From Eledone cirrhosa (taxonomy: Eukaryota), in the NCBI GenBank assembly GCA_964016885.1, contig OZ024765.1, forward strand, positions 3,038,001 to 3,102,000: a stretch of 64,000 bases of DNA, written 5' to 3'. The notes beneath the pieces are model-generated. The model had not been told where the DNA came from, searched no databases, and worked only from the letters and a program-made list of their open reading frames with translations. The translations under genes and the position numbers were made by a program. Of this stretch, positions 57,021 through 64,000 are shown in pieces. The first letter of the stretch is position 1, and each line of letters opens with the position of its first letter.

Positions 57021-57414
57021 GTTTATATATGTATGTATATATATATATATATGTATGTATATATATATATATGTATATATATAGAAATAATTGGGCTGGA
57101 CACTCGATCGTGCGGTTAAACCACTGGGAGTGAAGGACCCCTAGCCTTTGTCAGGGCATTCTTCTAGGAGAAGGTAACTCAGGAAACTGGGATAACTCCG
57201 ATATAAAACCTGCGGCTCAGTAGTTACCGATGATGTTGATCTTTTCTTCTTTTCGGGTTATAGCTACTGTCTCTGAGAGAGTGGGATTGGCTCAGTGCAC
57301 AGTCTTTCCTCACTTTAAAAATATCTTCACGCACAGGCATTGCACGATAGAATTAGTTAATAATTATTAATAATGGTATATCGTGCAATGGCCATACTCG
57401 ATAACGAGGGGGCA

Positions 57415-57474
<60 letters not shown>

Positions 57475-57481
57475 GTATATA

Positions 57482-57528
<47 letters not shown>

Positions 57529-57872
57529 GCACATATATATGTATGTATATATATATATATATATTTAGCTATGTATTTATCTCCAATGCCTCTAAAGACT
57601 ACTTGAGACATGTAAGTGCATGTTTAACTAAACAAAGATCTGCAGAATGTTCCAGATTGTGAGGTCATCTGGTGTAAAATATGACTAGAACTATCTTACT
57701 TACTACATGTATGTCTTATGTAATATATATATATATGTGTGTGTGTGTGCGTATATATGTGTGTCTGTGTTGATACATAAAAATCTTATGTAATGTATAT
57801 TCTTTGACCATATATGGAATTGCCCCTTGACAATTTCGGCTATTTAAATACCACAACTGATTTTTCATTCAG

Positions 57873-58008
57873 CACAGAATTAGCCGTCGAAATGGCTTGA
57901 GCTCAGCCGTCGGGGTCTTACTTACTCCTATTACCCACTCTACTACCCCAAGTATTGAGTACTTTGGTGCGTTATGGTCCACCTGGTTCCTTACCACTTC
58001 TCCTTCGC
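57873..58008. mobile_element. TA-embedded foldback element fragment (core + right arm)
   Basis: 57925-58005 is the reverse complement of 46631-46712. Confidence 0.6.
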
Positions 58009-58041
<33 letters not shown>

Positions 58042-58133
58042 ATATATAAAGTATTTACGTCGGAAAGGTACAGGAAAAAAGAGTGCTCTATGTAGGCTAC
58101 AGAGCTTATTAGTTATGTAAACACCGTGTTTTT

Positions 58134-58201
58134 TTATTCATTCTGATGACTGAAGACAGATATAACATCTGCCCTCAAGAAACCACTGGTAAATGAAATA
58201 A
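58134..58201 (+). ncRNA. Type I hammerhead ribozyme motif (Penelope-like)
   Basis: Stem I ttcatt/aatgaa; core CTGATGA; stem II ctgaagacagat/atctgccctcaa (9 of 12 pairs); GAAA-CC-act-GG-TA; predicted cleavage after 58191. Confidence 0.7.
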
Positions 58202-58223
58202 TTATCTTATGTTGTTTATTACA

Positions 58224-58255
<32 letters not shown>

Positions 58256-58757
58256 CGTATACATGTGTCTATTTGGGAAAACCATGTGTTTGCTAGCAGC
58301 GCTTTCTCTAGCATAAAACACCCGAGCGCACCTCAACGAAAAACCTGTTGACGAAGTAAAACTCCATTGTTCTACCTTCAAAAACCATTAACTTGCAGAC
58401 CCCTGCAAGTGGATTTTGTGGATTTTGTTGATTTCGGATTTACGGAAACCTAGCGGAGATATTGTGGAATACATGTGATGTATGTTATATGGTGTATATT
58501 ATATGTATTATGTGTTATGTACGATATCGACGTGACGGTCCAGGTTAGTCAAATTTTGTCCTGAGTTCAGTCTTATTCGTCGCTATGGTCACTGTGGCCC
58601 TTCTATCGGTCGCTGTCTTCAATTTGCAAAGCTGTCTAAACGTAATGTTATAACTCGAGGGTTATATACCCTATTGAGTGCTTAGCTGCACACCCCGACT
58701 GCATTCGTTAGCTTGGCTGCAACCAGAGCTTTGATGATGCTGTACTAAATTGTGTAT

Positions 58758-58829
<72 letters not shown>

Positions 58830-58871
58830 TGTATATATACAGATATATATATATATATCTGTATATATACA

Positions 58872-58903
<32 letters not shown>

Positions 58904-59034
58904 CACACACACACATGTATATATACAGATACATATATATATATATATATACACACACATGTATATATACAGATACATATATATACATATATATATATAT
59001 ACACACACACACACATATGTATATATACAGATAC

Positions 59035-59079
<45 letters not shown>

Positions 59080-59094
59080 TATGTATATATACAG

Positions 59095-59158
<64 letters not shown>

Positions 59159-59943
59159 TCACACATATGTATATATACATATATATATGTATAGACATAT
59201 ACACATACACTTGTATATAAACTAAATTTAGCCTCTCCTTAGCTGATTATCGTCTCACTGCTCTGGAAATGATATATTTACTTCTACAGATTTATGGTGT
59301 GTGTGTGTATGTACATATCTATATGTGTATGTGGCTGTGTATGTATGTCTATATGTCTGTGTATGTATGTGTGTGTGTGTATGTCTCTATATGTGTGTGG
59401 ATGTCTCTGTGTGTATATGTCTCTATATGTATGTGTGTGTCTCTGAATGTGTGTACGTGTGTGTATGTCTGTTGTTGTTGTTGCTATTGGTGGGGGTGTT
59501 GTTGTATTGTAGTTGTTATTGTTGTTGTTACCAGCAGTTGATGTTGTTGTTGTTGTTGTTACCAGCAGTTGACCTGCTCTGTGTTGTTGTTGTTGTTCTG
59601 TCCACTACATGTACATGCCTGTTAAATGATGATTAAATTCTCTCCACACACGCATATACAGATACACAGAACCTCACTACACTCACATACACACTTAGAC
59701 ACACACACTTAGACACACACACGTACAACTTTATTACAGTTACTCACAAACAAACCCTCACTAACATACAGATACTCACTCTCACACACACACACACACT
59801 CAGACCACACACACACATACACACACAACTTTACACACATACACATACAGAGCTTCACTCTCACATACTCACACACACTCACAACTTAACTACACACATA
59901 TATAGCTGTTGCTTCTGCTATATATAAATTGTATATTATTATA

Positions 59944-59946
<3 letters not shown>

Positions 59947-60014
<68 letters not shown>
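59947..60014. repeat. (CA)n microsatellite
   Basis: Direct inspection. Confidence 0.95.
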
Positions 60015-60016
<2 letters not shown>

Positions 60017-60105
60017 CAGTAGACACCTCTTGACTCAATGTACGCCCCACCCTCACACCCTACCCTAACTTTCCTCTCCTGTTCCATCCACTGTCGATGA
60101 CACAA

Positions 60106-61312
60106 CAGTCCACACTGTAAGGTGGTCATGTAGGAGACACAGTAAAGAGGCTCCCAGTCCACACTGTAAAGTGGTCATGTAGGAGGCACAGTAAAGAGGC
60201 TCCCAGTCCACACTGTAAAGTGGTCATGTAGGAGACACAGTAAAGAGGCTCCCAGTCCACACTGTAAAGTGGTCATGTAGGAGACACAGTAAAGAGGCTC
60301 CCAGTCCACACTGTAAAGTGGTCATGTAGGAGGCACAGTAAAGAGGCTCCCAGTCCACACTGTAAAGTGGTCATGTAGGAGACACAGTAAAGAGGCTCCC
60401 AGTCCACACTGTAAAGTGGTCATGTAGGAGACACAGTAAAGAGGCTCCCAGTCCACACTGTAAAGTGGTCATGTAGGAGACACAGTAAAGAGGCTCCCAG
60501 TCCACACTGTAAAGTGGTCATGTAGGAGGCACAGTAAAGAGGCTCCCAGTCCACACTGTAAGGTGGTCATGTAGGAGACACAGTAAAGAGGCTCCCAGTC
60601 CACACTGTAAAGTGGTCATGTAGGAGGCACAGTAAAGAGGCTCCCAGTCCACACTGTAAAGTGGTCATGTAGGAGACACAGTAAAGAGGCTCCCAGTCCA
60701 CACTGTAAAGTGGTCATGTAGGAGACACAGTAAAGAGGCTCCCAGTCCACACTGTAAAGTGGTCATGTAGGAGGCACAGTAAAGAGGCTCCCAGTCCACA
60801 CTGTAAGGTGGTCATGTAGGAGACACAGTAAAGAGGCTCCCAGTCCACACTGTAAAGTGGTCATGTAGGAGACACAGTAAAGAGGCTCCCAGTCCACACT
60901 GTAAAGTGGTCATGTAGGAGGCACAGTAAAGAGGCTCCCAGTCCACACTGTAAGGTGGTCATGTAGGAGACACAGTAAAGAGGCTCCCAGTCCACACTGT
61001 AAAGTGGTCATGTAGGAGACACAGTAAAGAGGCTCCCAGTCCACACTGTAAAGTGGTCATGTAGGAGACACAGTAAAGAGGCTCCCAGTCCACACTGTAA
61101 GGTGGTCATGTAGGAGGCACAGTAAAGAGGCTCCCAGTCCACACTGTAAATGTGGTTGGTGCTAGGAAGGGCATCCAGCTGTAAAAAACCTGCCAGAAAC
61201 ACTTCCGTGCGAGTGAGTCACGGTCTCCCGACCATTCCCGCATCGAATGGAACAAAACCGTCTAACCCATGCTAGCGTGGAAGATGGACGTTAAACAATG
61301 AGGATGATGATA
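60106..61312 (+). repeat. 49-bp minisatellite (~21 copies) expanded inside SINE family B, followed by the SINE 3' tail
   Basis: Unit cagtccacactgtaaagtggtcatgtaggagacacagtaaagaggctcc; then aggaagggcatccagctg...ctaacccatgctagcgtggaagatggacgttaa. Confidence 0.92.
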
Positions 61313-61526
61313 CATACATATATAGCTGAATGACCCTATTATGAGGGTAGTCTGACCAATTGACCACACCATACCCTGCTCACAATGGAACCATATATGG
61401 GGATCTGGGTGGCCTCATTATCAGGGTAGTCTGGCCGATTGGCTGCGCCAAGCCTTGCTCATAGTGAGGCTATGTTTACGCTGGGGTTTTATGGCTTCTG
61501 GATGCTCTTCCGACCGCCAACTACAT

Positions 61527-61790
61527 ATACAGTGTGGAATTGGGTACTTTTAGTCGTGACACCTACATGACCACTTTACAGTGTGGACTGGGTGTTTTTT
61601 GTTGTGACACCTACATGACCACTTTACAGTGTGGACTACGTGCTTTTTGTTGTGACACCTACATGACCACTTTACAGTGTGGACTGGGTGCTTTTTGTTG
61701 TGACACCTACATGACCACTTTACAGTGTGGACTGGGTGCTTTTTGTTGTGACACCTACATGACCACTTTACAGTGTGGACTGGATGCTTT
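61527..61790 (-). repeat. 48-bp minisatellite from the same SINE segment, opposite orientation
   Basis: Unit gtgacacctacatgaccactttacagtgtggactgggtgctttttgtt. Confidence 0.88.
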
Positions 61791-61810
61791 ATGTATGTTT
61801 TGCTATATAT

Positions 61811-63590
61811 ATCATCATCATCATCATCATTTTATGTCTGCTTTTCCCTGCTTGCAAGGGTGGGACGGGTCTTATTCAGCACAGCATCTCTCCACTCATC
61901 ACGGTCCCTCGTCATCTCCACCGTGAGCTTCAATGATCTGAGGTCTGTTCTCACCACCTCCGCCCATGTTTTTCGTGGTCTACCTCTACCATGTCTTCCT
62001 TCAACTGGCAATTCCTGGCACTTCTTCACCCATCGGTCATCCTCCATGCGCATCACATGTCCATACCACCTCAGTCTCCTCTCCCGTACACTACATTCTA
62101 TCCCTCTCAGACACAGTTTCTCTCAACACATTTATGCTGGGTCGTTCACGCACATTTACACTGCACATCCAACGGAGCATGCTTGCCTCATTTCTCTCCA
62201 GTCGTCGCATATCCTCTGCAGTTGCTGCCCATGTCTCACTACCATGCAGCATCACGCTCCTCACACAGACGTCATACAACCGGCCTTTCGTATGCAGGGA
62301 GAAACCCTTCTTCGTCAACAGAGGAAGCAGCTCCCTAAACTTCTTCCAACCCGTCCTTATTCTAGATACTATGGCCTCGGAACACCCTCCTCCCATGCTA
62401 ATCTGATCTCCTAGGTACCGGAAGCTATCCACCACTTCTATAGCGCCCTCTTGCATTTGAAAAATGTGTCTATCAGTGCGACTTCTACTGTCTAATTTCC
62501 CTGTACATCTACTGCATACATATTTCTCCATACATATTTCTCCCTACCTGTTAGTTTGCCTGCTATCCCGCTACATCTCTTGTGTACCCAGGATCTGCAT
62601 TGTGTGCATTTTATAGAATTTATGCCAGTTCCTTTTCTGCATATCGAACATGGCCATTTCCCTGACGGAATCAGGGTTTTGTCCTCTTTTCTACTCATCA
62701 ACACTTTTGTCTTAGCTAGATTCACTCTCAGTCCTCTTGCTTCCAACTGCTGTTTCCATAGCCAGAATTTATTCTCTAGCTCCTCTACTGATTCTGCTAT
62801 AAGAACCAGATCGTCAGCATAGAGAAGTTCCCATGGACAGCCAGTCTTAAACTCCTCTGTTATGGCTTGGAGGACTATAATGAACAAGAGCGGGCTGAGG
62901 ACCGAACCCTGATGTACTCCTACTTGTATCTGGAATTCCTCACTAAACTCCATTCCTATCCTGACTTTACTGAGAGTACCTCTGTACAAAGTTTGCACTG
63001 TCCTCACAAGCCATTCCTCAACACCTAGCTTCCTTAGGGACCACCAGATGACAGATCGGGGTACCCTATCAATCTAGTTTGACCCTTTCTCTAATTAGTT
63101 GTGCTAAAATCCTTTCTGCCACTTTCATAACCTGATCTATCAGTTTTATACCCCTATAATTGCTCCTCTCCAAAGCATCCCCTTTACCTTTGTAGCAATT
63201 TATGAGAATACTGCTGCACCAGTCTTTGGGTATGTCACCACCATATATAGCCTGATTGATGATGCATGCAACCAGTTTAGTGCCTACGTCCCCTGATGCC
63301 TTCAGCATCTCAGCAACTATTCCCAATGGTCCGGCAGCCTTACCATTTTTCATTTCCCTAATCGCCTCTTGGACCCTATATTCGTCAATCTCAATAGCTG
63401 GTCCCTCTGTCGGATCTACCAAGGGTAATTTCTCTCTCTCCCATTCGTTCTCCACATTCATCAGTCTCTCATAATGACATTTCCAGGCCTCCTTTTTCTG
63501 ATCATTCGTGACACTAAGTACACCGGCATCATCCCGGACACATTTATCTCCAACAACATCCTTATTTGCATTGACACACTGCCTTGCAAC
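61811..63590 (-). mobile_element. 5'-truncated, disabled RTE-clade LINE (reverse transcriptase)
   Basis: KAAGPLGIVAEML, NYRGIKL, GVHQGSVLSPLLF, LLYADDLV, FRYLG, LHGSETW, GRPRKTW motifs; internal deletion near 63070, frameshift from a 14-bp duplication at 62515-62542; (atg)n tail. Confidence 0.95.
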
Positions 63591-63593
63591 GTA

Positions 63594-63636
<43 letters not shown>

Positions 63637-64000
63637 GTGTGTATGTGTGTGAAAAACTGAAAAACTCAAATTTAATTGGTGTTATTTTTAACTTCATTAT
63701 CTATTGTATATTTTTCCCACTATTTTTCTGTCTATCTATCTATCTTTCTAATGGGCCTTCTCTCTATATCAGCCTGTAGGTTGAGGAAAAGGAGGAGGAG
63801 AGGAAAGGAGTACAAGCTCTTCGTACTCCTGGAGATGAGGGTTGCACATTTTTTTCGGGGGTCTGTGTTACCCATATAAACTGTCTCCCTCTATTGGGGA
63901 AAATCGACTAACTTTTAAATTCCATCTGTGATAACATTTTACACGTTTTTATTGTATGTAAACTTCCCCCTTTGTATTTGTCCCCTTCTTTTGTGCCCCT

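Overview
Eukaryotic (metazoan) genomic DNA, very repeat-rich. The SINE/RTE families and long (TA)n/(CA)n tracts suggest an octopod cephalopod, but that is inference. The only well-supported gene is the 3' part of cortactin on the + strand: 10 coding exons from 431 to a TAA at 30450-30452, encoding cortactin repeats, a helical region, an acidic/Pro-rich linker and a C-terminal SH3 domain. Its N-terminus lies upstream of the window. The rest is SINEs, non-LTR fragments (RTE, CR1-like, CRE-like, R4-like), Tc1/mariner and piggyBac-like MITEs, microsatellites and many minisatellites derived from local sequence. Two unusual themes stand out. (1) Intronic satellites are built from the cortactin exon/5' splice-site junctions, including an ~11.5 kb array of several hundred CAG|GTAAG motifs. 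(2) Several (TA)n-embedded, often palindromic short elements carry Penelope-type minimal hammerhead ribozyme cores, one of them essentially complete at 58137-58197. Almost all ORFs in the supplied track are microsatellite artefacts.
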